Counted from the stretch's first letter, positions 7,028 to 18,992 are shown. The stretch is 64,000 nucleotides of DNA from an uncultured Alphaproteobacteria bacterium (GCA_934254915.1 CAKQMH010000003.1:25793-89792), one strand, 5' to 3'. Program-made: numbers and translations. The notes: generated by a model from the letters alone, not told the origin.

Positions 7028-8704
7028 TTGCTGATGATTATAAAGCTGTTTATCTTTCTGCTGGCATTATCTTTCTTAGCTTTGGCATTTGCGCCCAAAC
7101 GCGGCCTGCGCTTGTGGTCATCGCTCTTTGCGCTTGCGGCGGTTATACTTGCCGTGTGGGTGGCCGGAAATCAAACCTCCGGCATTTTTGCTTCCTATGT
7201 GCATCCCTGGTTGAGCTATGGCAAACTGAAAATATCGTTTAATCTGACCGCCGATTCTTTAGGCCTTAAAACCTTAAGTGCCGTTTTGGCGCTGGCAGCC
7301 TTATTGATTTATTACAATACAATAGCCGCGGTTGACAATTTCCGCCCTCGTCTTAACGGTATTCTGCTGTTGAGCGTTGCCGGGTTTATGCTCTTGTTTT
7401 CCGCTCATGATTTTGTTCAACTTATGATCGGCAGCTGCCTTTATACGGTGCTTGGATTTTATTTGTTGGATGTGGTTGCCGGCAAACGAAAATATTTGTT
7501 TTATAATTTTATCGGTGAAATGGCGCTGTTTACGGCTTTGGCCGTGGTTTACGGCAGTGTCGACAGCGTTAATTTGCCGCAGGCATTGTCTCGCTATCAG
7601 GATTACGGGCAGCATCGCGATTTGGTTACCCTGTTGGTGTCGTTGGCGCTGGTCATAAAATCCGGACTATTCCCGTTCCAAAATCAGTTTCAGGATAATC
7701 GCGGCTTGTCGTTTAGCCGGATTATTGCCGTTACCGCCATTTTAAATCCGCTGGCTTCCCTTGTGCTGCTGCTCAAACTGTCACCATTGCTGCATGCATC
7801 AGCATGGGGTGTTACGGCAATGACGGCGGTTTGTGTGCTTTCGGCACTGTGGGGCGGTGTCGGTATGTTGTTGATTGACAACCTTAAAGCTAAAGTACTT
7901 TACCTTAACCAGAATATTATTGCGTTTATGGCGGTACTGTTGCTGACCAATCCGGTGTCGTTTCCGATTCTTCTGACTATGGTTTTGCCGATAATGGTAA
8001 TTTTGGATTATTTGTGGAGCTTGGTTTATATTTCAGCTTCAAATGAAGTGTATGTTTCGCAAATGGGCGGTTTTGTTAAGTTCTTGAAACTTGATTTGCT
8101 GCTTTTGTGGGGCGGAATTTTAACCTTTGTGCGGATAGCCGCCAATCAGGAATGGTCGAACCTGAAATGGGCTTTGCTCTTTGTCATTACCGCTCTGGTT
8201 GGGTTAGCCCACATTTGCCGCCAAATATATTTTGGGGCGCATCATGCTGATGAACGGGTAGAGGCTTTGTTGCACAATGCTCCGATTCGCACCTGGTTGC
8301 CTCTGGTTGCGGCTATGGCCGTGTTGTGGTATGTTAACACCGCTCCGGCCGTTGACGGCTTCGTTTATGGCGGTGTAGGCTTGTTTGCGGTTGTTTTGCT
8401 GCTCAATCCATTTAAACGGTTAATGCACATGGCCGACAGCGAAATTCAAGATGCTGACGGGGTTGAACAACTGTTCCGGTTTAGTATTTTAATGCCGATA
8501 AAGCTGTTGGGACGAATTTTGTGGATTACCATTGACTTTTTGTTTATTGAACGCACGATTATCGGCTCGGTTTCAGCCTTGAATAATTTTATGGTTAATG
8601 CCTTGCACCGTATTCAAAATGCTGTCTGGCTCAATTATCTGCTGATGGTAGGCTTAGGTGCGGCAATAATGCTTTTTTACATAGGACGGAGTTATTATGA
8701 ATAG
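7028..8704 (+). CDS. nuoL: NADH-quinone oxidoreductase subunit L-like antiporter-type membrane subunit (short form)
   Basis: 558-aa polytopic membrane protein. The motif FVQLMIGSCLYTVLGFYLL...FYNFIGEMALF is loosely NuoL/MrpA-like. Position upstream of clear nuoM-nuoN. Confidence 0.55.
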   Translation: MLMIIKLFIFLLALSFLALAFAPKRGLRLWSSLFALAAVILAVWVAGNQTSGIFASYVHPWLSYGKLKISFNLTADSLGLKTLSAVLALAALLIYYNTIAAVDNFRPRLNGILLLSVAGFMLLFSAHDFVQLMIGSCLYTVLGFYLLDVVAGKRKYLFYNFIGEMALFTALAVVYGSVDSVNLPQALSRYQDYGQHRDLVTLLVSLALVIKSGLFPFQNQFQDNRGLSFSRIIAVTAILNPLASLVLLLKLSPLLHASAWGVTAMTAVCVLSALWGGVGMLLIDNLKAKVLYLNQNIIAFMAVLLLTNPVSFPILLTMVLPIMVILDYLWSLVYISASNEVYVSQMGGFVKFLKLDLLLLWGGILTFVRIAANQEWSNLKWALLFVITALVGLAHICRQIYFGAHHADERVEALLHNAPIRTWLPLVAAMAVLWYVNTAPAVDGFVYGGVGLFAVVLLLNPFKRLMHMADSEIQDADGVEQLFRFSILMPIKLLGRILWITIDFLFIERTIIGSVSALNNFMVNALHRIQNAVWLNYLLMVGLGAAIMLFYIGRSYYE

Positions 8705-10127
8705 TCCTTTTGCTTTATTATCTCTGATTGTGGCGATTCCGTTTTTAGGCTTGCTTTTTGTCCTTACGGCCAAAGGTGACGAGAACAATGGTCGACACAA
8801 TGCTTTCAATGTCTGCGTTTTTACTATTTTGGCCAACATCGTGATGCTGTTCCGCATTTTTATGCTGCTGGATGAAAATTCGCAGAAACTTCAGTTGTTG
8901 GAACATTTTGACTGGCTGAATGAACCGAATGTCAATATTCTGTTCGGGGTAGATACTTTTTCGCTGATTTTGATTTTGGCGGTGCATATCGCGGTTTTAA
9001 TCGGTTTGTCAGGTGTTAAAAACAACACTTTTAAGCAAAAATCCCTAATGGCATATACGTTGCTGTTTTTGAGTATGATTACCGGTCTTTTCGTGGCCGC
9101 GGATATTTTTTCTTTTTATATCTTTTTTGAGGCCATGTTGCTGCCGTTGTTTATGATTATCGGAATGTTCGGGGCTGTCCGCAAACAGGAGCTGATATAC
9201 CGTTTCTTTCTCTACAACCTGCTTGGTGCGTTGGTGTTGTTCAGCGCAACCATGCTGATTTATCATTTCCACGGTTCACTGACTTTGGAACAATTGGGCA
9301 AATTGCGGCTTAAAGGTTCGTTGGCATATTATATTTGGGGCGCGGTATTTTTATCTTTCCTGTCGCGTATTCCGATTTGGCCGTTTCACTATTGGATTTC
9401 ATCAATTAATGCCAACATTCGCAACCCATTGGTTTTTATAATCACCGTGCTGATGCCGTTGACATCGATTTATGGCTTTATTCGCTTCCTGCCGCTCAAG
9501 TTTTCGGCGGTTACGGATGTATATATAATTTGGGTAAGCATTATTGCCGTGATTACCATGCTTTTCATTGCTCTTATCGGGTTTATTAACAAAGACAGCC
9601 AGTATAAACTTTTCTCTTATGTCACGGTTTATTATCTGATGTATTTATTGAGCGCTTTTATGCATGATGTTCTGATTTTGCAAAATGTCGGTTTTTCGTT
9701 GCTTGGTTTTATGCTGATAGTTGCTTCACTGGAGGTCTTGTCCGGCTATATCGCGCAAAAGGAGAATGAATACGGAACAACCGGAACCGGATTTTTGTGC
9801 CGTGTACCGCGGTTGTCGTTTATCTATTCTTATTTAACTTTGGCGGCGGTCGGTATGCCGTTGTCGGCAATTTTCCTGCATAACTTTTTAATATTGTCAA
9901 AGCTGCTTTCTTCCAATATTAAAATGGGTATGGTTCTTATTGCTTCATTGGTTTTGGTCGGCGCGTCGCTGTTGCAGGAACTTTATCAGCACAAAGTTGA
10001 TAATCCCGAATGTCCGATTATCCGGCGGGATGATATTTCGCGGCGGATGTTTGTCTTTATGCTGTTTGTCGGCTTTGTTTTGTTAATGTCGTTTGTCAAA
10101 CCATTATGGTTTGTGATTAATGAATAG
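8697..10127 (+). CDS. nuoM: NADH-quinone oxidoreductase subunit M
   Basis: 476 aa. FYIFFEAMLLPLFMIIGMFG...RFFLYNLLGALVLF matches the conserved NuoM/ND4 core. Overlaps the upstream gene by 8 nt. Confidence 0.75.
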   Translation: MNSPFALLSLIVAIPFLGLLFVLTAKGDENNGRHNAFNVCVFTILANIVMLFRIFMLLDENSQKLQLLEHFDWLNEPNVNILFGVDTFSLILILAVHIAVLIGLSGVKNNTFKQKSLMAYTLLFLSMITGLFVAADIFSFYIFFEAMLLPLFMIIGMFGAVRKQELIYRFFLYNLLGALVLFSATMLIYHFHGSLTLEQLGKLRLKGSLAYYIWGAVFLSFLSRIPIWPFHYWISSINANIRNPLVFIITVLMPLTSIYGFIRFLPLKFSAVTDVYIIWVSIIAVITMLFIALIGFINKDSQYKLFSYVTVYYLMYLLSAFMHDVLILQNVGFSLLGFMLIVASLEVLSGYIAQKENEYGTTGTGFLCRVPRLSFIYSYLTLAAVGMPLSAIFLHNFLILSKLLSSNIKMGMVLIASLVLVGASLLQELYQHKVDNPECPIIRRDDISRRMFVFMLFVGFVLLMSFVKPLWFVINE

Positions 10128-10135
10128 GAGGCAAA

Positions 10136-11560
10136 ATGTTGCAAAATTGGTTTATAATGCTTCCTGAGCTGTTGTTGTTGAGTTATTTGCCGTTAGCCTG
10201 GTTAGTTAAAGTTTGCCGTTCGGGACAAACTTACAAAACCTTTTATACTCTAAGCAAATATTTTTTGTCGGCCGCTTTGGTCTTTAATATCATTTTTTAT
10301 AACAAAACGGTTTTTGCGTCGCTGTTGCTTAATACAGCCGCGGCATCTTTATTTAAGACAATTGTATATTTGGCGGCGCTGGTTTGGTTTTATTTGTCGT
10401 CGAAGTGGTTTTTGAACAAAAGCCGCTCCTCGTTCGGTTTTTATCAATTGGCGGTTTCGGGAGTGTTGATTCTGGAACTGCTGATATCATCGCATAACCT
10501 GATATTGACGGCAACACTGTTGACGTTAGGCTGCTTGTTGGTTTGGGCAATGCTTAATTTGCATTGGGATAAAAATGCGATTAAAGAAATTTCCGTTCTT
10601 TATGCTTTTTTTGCCGTAATTTTTCTGATTGCACTATGGATTGGCATCATAATGTTGGCTTATCACCGCTTTCCGATGGATTATGCGGCGGTAAGGGATT
10701 GTATCAATGATAAGACGCTTGACGAAGGCTGGCTTTATGTCGTTATGGGACTGACTTTGGCACCGGTTTTGTTTATGTTGGGATTAGCTCCGTTTCATTC
10801 TTGTCTGGTAGGTGTAATCCGCTCTTCAATCCTGCCGGTCAGTGGCTATTTAACCTTGGTCTTTCCGGTTTCGTTATTATGCGTCTTGCTCAATTTGGTA
10901 TCACAGGTCTGGAGCAACGCTTTGGCGGTTGTCAGTCCGTTATTGCTGGCTTTTGCCGTAATCTCGCTTGTTTTGGGGGCATTATCCGCCAATGGCGAGA
11001 AAAACCTGCGACAGCTGTTTGCCTTCAGCAGCATTTATCATTTGGGTTTTATGTTCTTTACGCTTGTCAGTTTTAATGCTAATTCATTGCTGAGCGCGTT
11101 TACCTATATTGTCATTTATTTATTGTCAATGTTGGGGATTTACACGGTCTTTTTAGGCTTAAAGAGCCGCGGTAATTATTTGACGGATGTCGATGATATT
11201 GACGGCCTGTCGTTATCCAAGCCCTATATTTCGGTCAGCTGGCTGATATTTATGGTTTCGCTCATCGGGTTGCCGCCCATGCTTGGTTTCTTGGGCCGAT
11301 TATCCGTAATCAATAATTTGGTCTTGGAGGAGCGTTGGGGTAGTGTAATATGTTTGTTATTGTCGCTTTTGTTTATTGCCAATGCTTATTTACAGCTGAT
11401 TCGCCACATCTATTTTACGCCCGTTGTTAAGTCGTTTGACCGTGCCGATAAAGCTATTTATTTGTGCTTGTTTGTCAATCTGCTGCTGGTTTTGATTTCG
11501 ACGCTCAATCCTGAATTTTGGCTGCGCAGTGCCGAACATATTTTGAAAGGAGCGTTTTAA
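10136..11560 (+). CDS. nuoN: NADH-quinone oxidoreductase subunit N
   Basis: 474 aa. ...LGALSANGEKNLRQLFAFSSIYHLGFMF matches the NuoN/ND2 motif. Confidence 0.7.
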   Translation: MLQNWFIMLPELLLLSYLPLAWLVKVCRSGQTYKTFYTLSKYFLSAALVFNIIFYNKTVFASLLLNTAAASLFKTIVYLAALVWFYLSSKWFLNKSRSSFGFYQLAVSGVLILELLISSHNLILTATLLTLGCLLVWAMLNLHWDKNAIKEISVLYAFFAVIFLIALWIGIIMLAYHRFPMDYAAVRDCINDKTLDEGWLYVVMGLTLAPVLFMLGLAPFHSCLVGVIRSSILPVSGYLTLVFPVSLLCVLLNLVSQVWSNALAVVSPLLLAFAVISLVLGALSANGEKNLRQLFAFSSIYHLGFMFFTLVSFNANSLLSAFTYIVIYLLSMLGIYTVFLGLKSRGNYLTDVDDIDGLSLSKPYISVSWLIFMVSLIGLPPMLGFLGRLSVINNLVLEERWGSVICLLLSLLFIANAYLQLIRHIYFTPVVKSFDRADKAIYLCLFVNLLLVLISTLNPEFWLRSAEHILKGAF

Positions 11561-11561
11561 T

Positions 11562-12320
11562 ATGCCTGAAATCGGAAAATGGCAGTGGTTTGATTATGAT
11601 GATGCGGACAGCACTAACGATACCGCTTTAGCGTTAAGCCAAAATCCGCCGGCAGAATATTTTGTCGTAACCGCCAAACGTCAACACAACGGACGCGGCC
11701 GCCGCGGCCGCAGTTGGATAAGTCAGGAAGGCAATTTATTTATGAGCCTTGGATTGCCTTTTGATATAAATGATATTAATGCGTTGGTCTTCATTACGGC
11801 TTTGAGTCTGTTTGAAGCTGTAGCTTCGCAATCGCCGCAGGGTTGCTTACAACTCAAGTGGCCTAATGATGTTTTATTTAATAATCAAAAAATTTCAGGA
11901 ATTTTACTTGAAAAAGGTTTTCAAAATTATATAATCGTCGGCATTGGTGTAAATATTTTGACATCGCCGAGCCTGAATGACCAGCTGTTATATCGTTCGG
12001 CAAGTCTGCGCAGTGCCGGTATCAACATTAATCGTGTTGATTTGATGTTGCTTTTCCTTTCCTGTTTTGACCGTAACTTATCATTGTGGCGTGAGCAAGG
12101 ATTTGCGCCCATTCGTATCAAGTGGCTGCAAAATGTTAAAGGTTTGGGTGAGGATATTGTGGTAAATAACGAAAAAAACTCGCGCCGCGGTGTGTTCGCC
12201 GGGTTGGATGAAAACGGCGCGTTGTTGTTGGATGAAAATGGCAAAATAAGCAAAATTTGGGCCGGTGATATTTTTTATCAAACCGACCATAAACAAAGAG
12301 ATAAAGTTACTGATGAATAA
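11562..12320 (+). CDS. birA: Biotin--[acetyl-CoA-carboxylase] ligase (group I, no DNA-binding domain)
   Basis: 252 aa with the KRQHNGRGRRGRSWISQEGNLFMS biotin-ligase signature (GRGRxGRxW). Confidence 0.85.
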   Translation: MPEIGKWQWFDYDDADSTNDTALALSQNPPAEYFVVTAKRQHNGRGRRGRSWISQEGNLFMSLGLPFDINDINALVFITALSLFEAVASQSPQGCLQLKWPNDVLFNNQKISGILLEKGFQNYIIVGIGVNILTSPSLNDQLLYRSASLRSAGININRVDLMLLFLSCFDRNLSLWREQGFAPIRIKWLQNVKGLGEDIVVNNEKNSRRGVFAGLDENGALLLDENGKISKIWAGDIFYQTDHKQRDKVTDE

Positions 12321-14100
12321 AGAAGAAAATCAATTGGAATTTAGTTTTGACCCTGTACCCGCACAAACCGATAATAAGGCCGCAAGCGGTAATGTTGCCG
12401 GCTTAAATCGGGAAGGAATATATTTTGTTGCTTTAGGCGGTGCCGAAAAAGTCGGTATGAATATGTATGCTTACATTGTCGATGGTAAAATAATCGTGGT
12501 CGATGCCGGTTATGACTTTTTGAATGATGACTTTCCCGGTATAGATTTAGGCCTGGCCGATGCTTCATTTTTAGAAAACTATCAGGACTGCATTGAGGCT
12601 TTGTTTATTACTCACTCGCATGAAGACCATTTTGGTGCTATTGCTCACATTTGGCCGCGGCTGCAATGTCCGGTTTATGCCACGGATTTTACTTTGGGAC
12701 ATATTGTTCAACGTCTGGCGGAATATAAATTGGACAAGTTGGTCGATTTACATTCGGTAAACGATAACCCGATTGTCAAGTTGCCGAATTTTACGGTTGA
12801 ATATGTTCCGGTTGCCCATTCGCTGCCCGAAAATTCGGCTTTGGTGATTCATACCCGATACGGCACGATTTTTCATGCCACGGATTGGCGTTTTGATGAT
12901 CAGCAGATTTCGTTTATGAAAACCGACTATCAACGTTTGGAAGAGCTTGGACAGGAAGGGATTGATCTTTATGTCGGCGATTCTATCCAAATGGGGCATA
13001 ACAGTGCTTCACAACCCAGTGAAAAAGAAATCAGGGATAATCTGATTACGATGATGCCGCGGTTCAAAAACACGCTGGTTGCTACTTGTTTTGCCTCTAA
13101 TATCGCCCGTATGGAGAGCTTAATTCTGGCGGCTCACGCGGCCGGACGTACGCCGGTTATTGCCGGTATGAGCCTGATTCAAAATATGAAAATCGCCAAA
13201 GACTGCGGCTTTTTGCCTGATTTGCCGCCTTATGCCGAGGCTAAACAGGCTATGGATATTCCGCTTGATAAAATGTTGTATATCTGTGCCGGTTCGCAAG
13301 GCAATTATCGCAGCGGTCTGACGCGTATTGTCAATGGCGAAAATAAGGATATCAAACTTGGTAAAGGCGATGCGATTATCTTTTCTTCGCAGATTATTCC
13401 CGGAAACGAGGAAAAAATTGAGCGTATGCAGGAAAAATTGCGAGATGCCGGGGTCGAGGTCATTTCATGTGAAGAATATCCGGTTCATACTTCCGGACAT
13501 GGTACACGTTCTGATGTGGCCAAAATGTTTTCTATTCTGAAGCCGCATACGGTTATTCCGGTGCATGGAGACAAACGTTGTATTCGGGAGCAAAAACGTT
13601 TTGCCTTGGAACATGGCATCGAAAACGTAATTGTTGCCCGCGATGGCGATGTTGTGCGGATATATAATCATAAAGCCGAAATTGTAAGCCAAGTTCCGAC
13701 GGATGAATTGGGTGTTGACCGTAAACAGGTTATCAGCCTTGGCTCGCAGGTCATCAAAAATCGCCGTCGTATTGCCTATAACTGCAGCTTGTATATCAGT
13801 GTGGTATTAAATGAGGATTGGTCTGTTGCCGATTTACAAATTTCCTCGTTGGATATTTTGGATGAAGCCTCGTTCAAGGTTTTGGCTGATGACATTAAAA
13901 GCGAAATGCTGAAAACCATTCCGGCCGAAATTGTGAAACTCAATTACCGTATTCCGCAAATCAAAGAATATATTCAGGCCAAGATTAGAAAAATGGTTTA
14001 TAAGGCAACGGATATCAAACCGGTTACAACCATGCATTTTTTCAAACAAGGAATGATTGCGGCTGCCGACAGCGGCGAACCGGAAACCGTTGAAGCTTAG
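12312..14100 (+). CDS. rnj: Ribonuclease J
   Basis: ITHSHEDHFGAI (metallo-beta-lactamase HxHxDH), a beta-CASP region and VHTSGHG. The probable start MNKEENQ at 12312 overlaps the birA stop (ORF track 12265..14100). Confidence 0.85.
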
Positions 14101-14765
14101 ATTTCAAAAGTCATACCTTGACGCAACACTCCGCCCAGTCCCGATTTGTGGGCAATTTGGCAGAGCGTTTCATAATCTTTGGGCAGGTAGTGCGATACAA
14201 AAGTTTTAGCTTTTATTTCCGGCTTGGCGGTGCTTAACTCATCAATTCCGACAATTATCCCGCCGCCTTTAAGGCTGACATCGTGGATAATCATCTTCGC
14301 TTCGGCCGCGGCTGCGGAATCTAAAATCGAAATCGCACTGTCGCCGCTGTACAAAAGAGTGTGATTAATGAATAACGCATAACAATCCATACCTTTGGCA
14401 TGCGGCACTGTAAAACAATCAACGTGTATATCATCGGGCAGGGGCATAACCTTCTCCTGCCAGCCGTTTCCGGAGTGCAACTCCAAAAAGCGGCGGCAAT
14501 CAGTTCCGCCCAATGCGGTTTTAAGTCCCAAAATTTTGTACCGATAATCCAACAGATTAACCACCGATCCGCAATGATCCTGATGCAAATGACTGATTAG
14601 AACCGTGTCGATTTTGTCGGCATAGCCTTTTTGGCGCAATTCCTGATAAACACTGAAACCGCAATCCAGCAAAATTCCACTGTTATTGTTTTGCCATAAG
14701 ATAAAAGAGTTGGTTACTCCTTGCGCCGCAAATGCGGCATTAGTGCCTAAAACTTCCAGTCGCAT
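14097..14765 (-). CDS. MBL-fold metallo-hydrolase
   Basis: 222 aa with the HLHQDH motif and VLGTNAAF at the N-terminus. Confidence 0.55.
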   Translation of the reverse strand: MRLEVLGTNAAFAAQGVTNSFILWQNNNSGILLDCGFSVYQELRQKGYADKIDTVLISHLHQDHCGSVVNLLDYRYKILGLKTALGGTDCRRFLELHSGNGWQEKVMPLPDDIHVDCFTVPHAKGMDCYALFINHTLLYSGDSAISILDSAAAAEAKMIIHDVSLKGGGIIVGIDELSTAKPEIKAKTFVSHYLPKDYETLCQIAHKSGLGGVLRQGMTFEI

Positions 14766-14769
14766 TAAC

Positions 14770-16197
14770 TTAAGCCTCCTGCTTTTGCGGCAAATAAATA
14801 GTAAAAGTCGTTCCGTTGCAAATTGTTGAGTTTACCGTCAAATTGCCGCCGTGGCGGATAATAATTTGCTTGGCAATGGCTAAACCTAAACCCGTTCCTT
14901 TAATATTCAAGTCCTTATGCTCTTGCATACGGTAAAATCTTTCGGTCAGGCGGGCTAAATTTTCGGGCGCGATTTTCGGACCTTTGTTATTGATGGCAAT
15001 TGCCACGGCAGGACCTTTGGCAACCTTAAAACTTTTAGATGTTGGAATTTTCTCACAATTTTGCAGTGTTATGCCGACTTCGGTATCTGAAAGCCCGTAT
15101 TTTATGGCATTATCCGCAAGATTCTGTATAAGTTGCCGGATTTGTGCCGTATCGGCTGTAATTTCAGGAATATTATCTTGGGCATCGACTTTAATTTTTA
15201 TGTGCCGTTCGGCAGCGCGCAAAGCCAAAGCTTCGGCCACATCTTCGGCAATATCCAAAACATCGACTTTTTCATCAGGTTTATGATCTTGATTAAGCTC
15301 GATTTTCGACAACGACAACAGGTTTTCAATCAAAGCCGACATATAATCAGCTTGTTCTGCCATAATGGCTAAAAACTTTTCGCGCGCTTGTTCATCATCT
15401 TTGGCACTGCTTTGCAGAGTTTCAATCACCCCGCTGATAACCGCCAGAGGCGTGCGCAGTTCATGGCTGGCATTAGCCACGAAATCCGACTGCATTTTTT
15501 CGACTTTCATGGCTTTGGTCATATCATAAATTGAAATTACCGCTACGGCCTTGCCTTTTGACAACCAGGGCAGTTGTTTAATATGGGCATATAATTTTTG
15601 TGCCTGCGGTTTTTGAAGATAGAAAATCAGATTTTCTGACTTGCTTTCTTTGTTCAAAACCTTGCTTACCGCATTGATGAAGTTGTTTGAGGCAAAAAGA
15701 TTTTCGACGTTTTTGTTGGTAATATTTTTTCCAAAAGTATTGCGAGCCGAAAGGTTAGCGCCCAAAATATTGCCGGCGCGATCAATAACCATAATCGGAT
15801 CAGGCAGACTGTCTAAAACCGCCGTATCGGAAATGGTTTGGGCTTCCAATCGGTCGGTTTTTTGCGCCCAAAAACGGTGCATGGCGTTAACTGCCTCTAC
15901 AATATCTTTCGCATCTTTTTCCGAAAGCGTCATCATTTTTTCATCAAAATCGCCGCCGGTCGACAAAGACGTGACATAGCGTTTGATTTGTTGTAATTCA
16001 AAAGTCAGCGGGAATAAAATTAAAATATTAAGCAGCGTAACCGCTCCTAAAGAAATTACCGCCAGCGTCGGGTTGACCAGACGAAATGCGGCTAAAACAA
16101 TAAAAACCAATGCCGTCGGGCAAGTCAAGAGCAAAACCCGTTCGGTAAATTTGGCATTTTTTTCAATTCCCAAAGATTCGCGCGCTTTTTCAAACAT
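14770..16197 (-). CDS. Sensor histidine kinase (TM, PAS, HisKA, HATPase; PhoR-like)
   Basis: SHELRTPLAVISG (H-box) and GTGLGLAIAKQIIIRHGG (G2 box). PAS-like DSLPDPIMVIDRAGNIL. N-terminal TM helices. Confidence 0.8.
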   Translation of the reverse strand: MFEKARESLGIEKNAKFTERVLLLTCPTALVFIVLAAFRLVNPTLAVISLGAVTLLNILILFPLTFELQQIKRYVTSLSTGGDFDEKMMTLSEKDAKDIVEAVNAMHRFWAQKTDRLEAQTISDTAVLDSLPDPIMVIDRAGNILGANLSARNTFGKNITNKNVENLFASNNFINAVSKVLNKESKSENLIFYLQKPQAQKLYAHIKQLPWLSKGKAVAVISIYDMTKAMKVEKMQSDFVANASHELRTPLAVISGVIETLQSSAKDDEQAREKFLAIMAEQADYMSALIENLLSLSKIELNQDHKPDEKVDVLDIAEDVAEALALRAAERHIKIKVDAQDNIPEITADTAQIRQLIQNLADNAIKYGLSDTEVGITLQNCEKIPTSKSFKVAKGPAVAIAINNKGPKIAPENLARLTERFYRMQEHKDLNIKGTGLGLAIAKQIIIRHGGNLTVNSTICNGTTFTIYLPQKQEA

Positions 16198-16295
16198 AAT
16201 TTTCTTGTCCCATATCTTTTAAATAGGTCTAGACTAAGATTATAAATAGAGTATTATGAAACAAGTTTAAATTTAATAAATTTTTTGAGTAAAAA

Positions 16296-18992
16296 ATGAC
16301 TAAATCCGCAGACAAAGCATCTTCCGCCACCCCATTGATGGCACAATATCTGCAAATCAAGCACGAACATCAGGACTACCTTCTGTTTTATCGCATGGGC
16401 GATTTTTATGAGCTGTTTTTTGATGATGCGGTTACGGCATCTAAGGCGTTGGATATTGCTTTGACCAAACGCGGCAAGCTTGATGGTGAAGATATTCCGA
16501 TGTGCGGAGTGCCGTTTCATGCTTACGAAAGCTACTTGGCCAAACTGATACGTCAGGGGTTTAAGGTTGCCATTTGCGAACAGGTCGAAGATCCGGAAGA
16601 AGCCCGTAAACGCGGTTATAAATCAATCGTTAAACGCGATGTTGTCCGGCTTGTCACGGCCGGTACTTTAACCGAAGAACCCTTGCTCGATGCCAAGCGA
16701 AATAACTTTTTGCTGGCGCTGGTCAAACAGGGCGATATTTTGGGCGTGTCATGGCTGGATATCTCCACTGGAGATTTCTTCTTGCAGGAACTCAACCTGC
16801 AGCATCAGGATGAAAATCAGCTGTTAAACAGTATGCTGACCCGGCTTAATCCGGTAGAAATACTGGTCTCGGATATGTATTTGCAAAATCCGCAAATTTT
16901 TGCGGCGCTGAATAATTGCCGCGAGCGGTTGTCAGTCTTGCCGCAGGCTCGCTTTAACAGCGAAAGTGCCAAAAAACGCCTGCAAAATGTTTTCGGCGTC
17001 CAAAGTCTGGATGCTTTCGGCAATTTTACCCGTGCCGAAATCACCGCCGCCGGTGTTTTGTTAGACTATGTTGATAATACGCAAAAAGGCAAAATTCCGG
17101 TAATTTCCCGTCCGCAAAAAGTTGCGGAAAATGCCATTATGGAAATTGACGGCGCTACTCGTCGTTCGTTGGAGCTGGTTGAGGCTATGAACGGCGATAA
17201 AAAATCCAGTTTGTTAGGGGTTATTGACCGCACGGTTACCGGAGCAGGCGGGCGCTTGCTGGCTTCCCGAGTATCAAATCCGCTTAAAGATATTGCCGAA
17301 ATTAATCAGCGGCTTGATGCGATTGAATTTTTCGCTTCGTTTAGCAATTTGCGTCAGGAGCTGCGCCAACTGCTTAAAAGCTGTCCGGATATTGAACGAG
17401 CCGTGTCGCGTTTGACTATCGGGCGGGGCGGCCCTCGTGACTTGGACAGCCTTAAGATTGTTTTGTCGTTAGTTCCGGCGCTCAAAAACTTAATTAACGG
17501 CTTTGCGGATGAAACCAATGAAAAAGTTCTTACTCGCTTGCCTGATGTAGTTAAGCGCATGGTGCAAAACCTTGGCGAGCATAGCAATTTAACCGCGCAT
17601 TTGGATGCAGCCTTGCTGGACGGACGTGACTTGCCGTTGTTGGCGCGGGATGGTGGTTTTATTAGAACCGGCTATTCAGCTCCGCTTGATGAAATTAAAC
17701 GCATTAAGTCTGACAGCCACGGGTTGATTGTGGAGCTGCAAAATCAATACATACAGGCAACCGGCGTCAATAATCTCAAAATTAAGTACAACAATTTAAT
17801 CGGTTACTTTATTGAAGTTCCCAATAAGTTTGCGACCGAAATGCTGGAAAATCCACAATTTATTCATCGGCAGTCGGTACTGAATGCGGCCCGCTTTACC
17901 ACCGTAGAGCTAACCGAACTTGAAAACAAAATTCGCGGCGCGGCCGAAAAAGCTTTAGCTATGGAATTGGCTATTTTTGATGAATTGGTAACCGAAATTA
18001 AAGTATCGGGTGCGGATATTGTCCGCACGGCTAAAGCTCTGGCCGAATTGGATGTGTCGGTATCGTTGGCTGATTTGGCTGTCGAAAAAAATTATACCCG
18101 CCCGGTGGTCGATGAAAGCTTGGTTTTTGAAATTAAGGACGGGCGTCATCCGGTGGTTGAGGATGCCATTGCCCGCGAAAACAGCGGCGTTTTTGTCGGG
18201 AACGATTGCTGCCTTGATGATGAACACGGGCGCTTGTGGCTTTTGACCGGTCCTAATATGGCCGGTAAATCTACATTTTTGCGCCAAAATGCCATCATCG
18301 CCGTTATGGCGCAAATGGGGTCGTTTGTGCCTTGTTCATCAGCACATATCGGCGTTATTGATAAAATCTTTTCACGTGTCGGCGCATCAGATGATTTGGC
18401 GCGCGGCCGTTCGACTTTTATGGTTGAAATGGTTGAGACCGCAAGCATACTTAATCAGGCTGATGAGCGCTCATTTGTTATCTTGGATGAGATTGGCCGC
18501 GGAACGGCGACTTTTGACGGCTTGTCGATTGCTTGGGCGGTAGTTGAACATTTGCATGAAGTCAATAAATGCCGCGCGTTGTTTGCCACTCACTATCATG
18601 AGCTTACCGCGCTGACCTCACGGCTGCACAATATGAGTCTGCACTGTATGAAAATTAAGGAATTTAATGAGCAGGTAGTTTTCCTGCATGAGGTGATTGA
18701 CGGAGCTGCCGACCGTTCTTACGGTATTCATGTTGCCAAGCTGGCCGGATTGCCGCAGGCGGTGGTAAAACGTGCTGAGCAGGTTTTGCAATCACTGGAA
18801 AAAGACGGTAAAAGCAAGTCAATGCAGGATTTGGTTGATGATTTGCCGTTGTTTGCGGCTCTGCGGGAAAAAGAAGAACAGTTTGTGCCGGAGTCGCCGG
18901 CGGTCGTGGCTTTGGAAGAGCTTAATCCTGATGATTTAACCCCCAAACAGGCCTTAGAAAAACTTTATGAGCTGAAAAATTTGTTACATTGA
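16296..18992 (+). CDS. mutS: DNA mismatch repair protein MutS
   Basis: 898 aa. [13 protein letters not shown] Walker A, TFMVEM and DEIGRGT motifs, and the N-terminal mismatch-binding block GDFYELF. Confidence 0.95.
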   Translation: MTKSADKASSATPLMAQYLQIKHEHQDYLLFYRMGDFYELFFDDAVTASKALDIALTKRGKLDGEDIPMCGVPFHAYESYLAKLIRQGFKVAICEQVEDPEEARKRGYKSIVKRDVVRLVTAGTLTEEPLLDAKRNNFLLALVKQGDILGVSWLDISTGDFFLQELNLQHQDENQLLNSMLTRLNPVEILVSDMYLQNPQIFAALNNCRERLSVLPQARFNSESAKKRLQNVFGVQSLDAFGNFTRAEITAAGVLLDYVDNTQKGKIPVISRPQKVAENAIMEIDGATRRSLELVEAMNGDKKSSLLGVIDRTVTGAGGRLLASRVSNPLKDIAEINQRLDAIEFFASFSNLRQELRQLLKSCPDIERAVSRLTIGRGGPRDLDSLKIVLSLVPALKNLINGFADETNEKVLTRLPDVVKRMVQNLGEHSNLTAHLDAALLDGRDLPLLARDGGFIRTGYSAPLDEIKRIKSDSHGLIVELQNQYIQATGVNNLKIKYNNLIGYFIEVPNKFATEMLENPQFIHRQSVLNAARFTTVELTELENKIRGAAEKALAMELAIFDELVTEIKVSGADIVRTAKALAELDVSVSLADLAVEKNYTRPVVDESLVFEIKDGRHPVVEDAIARENSGVFVGNDCCLDDEHGRLWLLTGPNMAGKSTFLRQNAIIAVMAQMGSFVPCSSAHIGVIDKIFSRVGASDDLARGRSTFMVEMVETASILNQADERSFVILDEIGRGTATFDGLSIAWAVVEHLHEVNKCRALFATHYHELTALTSRLHNMSLHCMKIKEFNEQVVFLHEVIDGAADRSYGIHVAKLAGLPQAVVKRAEQVLQSLEKDGKSKSMQDLVDDLPLFAALREKEEQFVPESPAVVALEELNPDDLTPKQALEKLYELKNLLH

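Noticed and set aside
7301-7881. Short ORFs within nuoL (7301..7615-, 7452..7658+, 7690..7881-)
   Set aside because: They are fully embedded in a conserved membrane-protein gene and have biased Cys/Arg/Trp composition. They are frame shadows.
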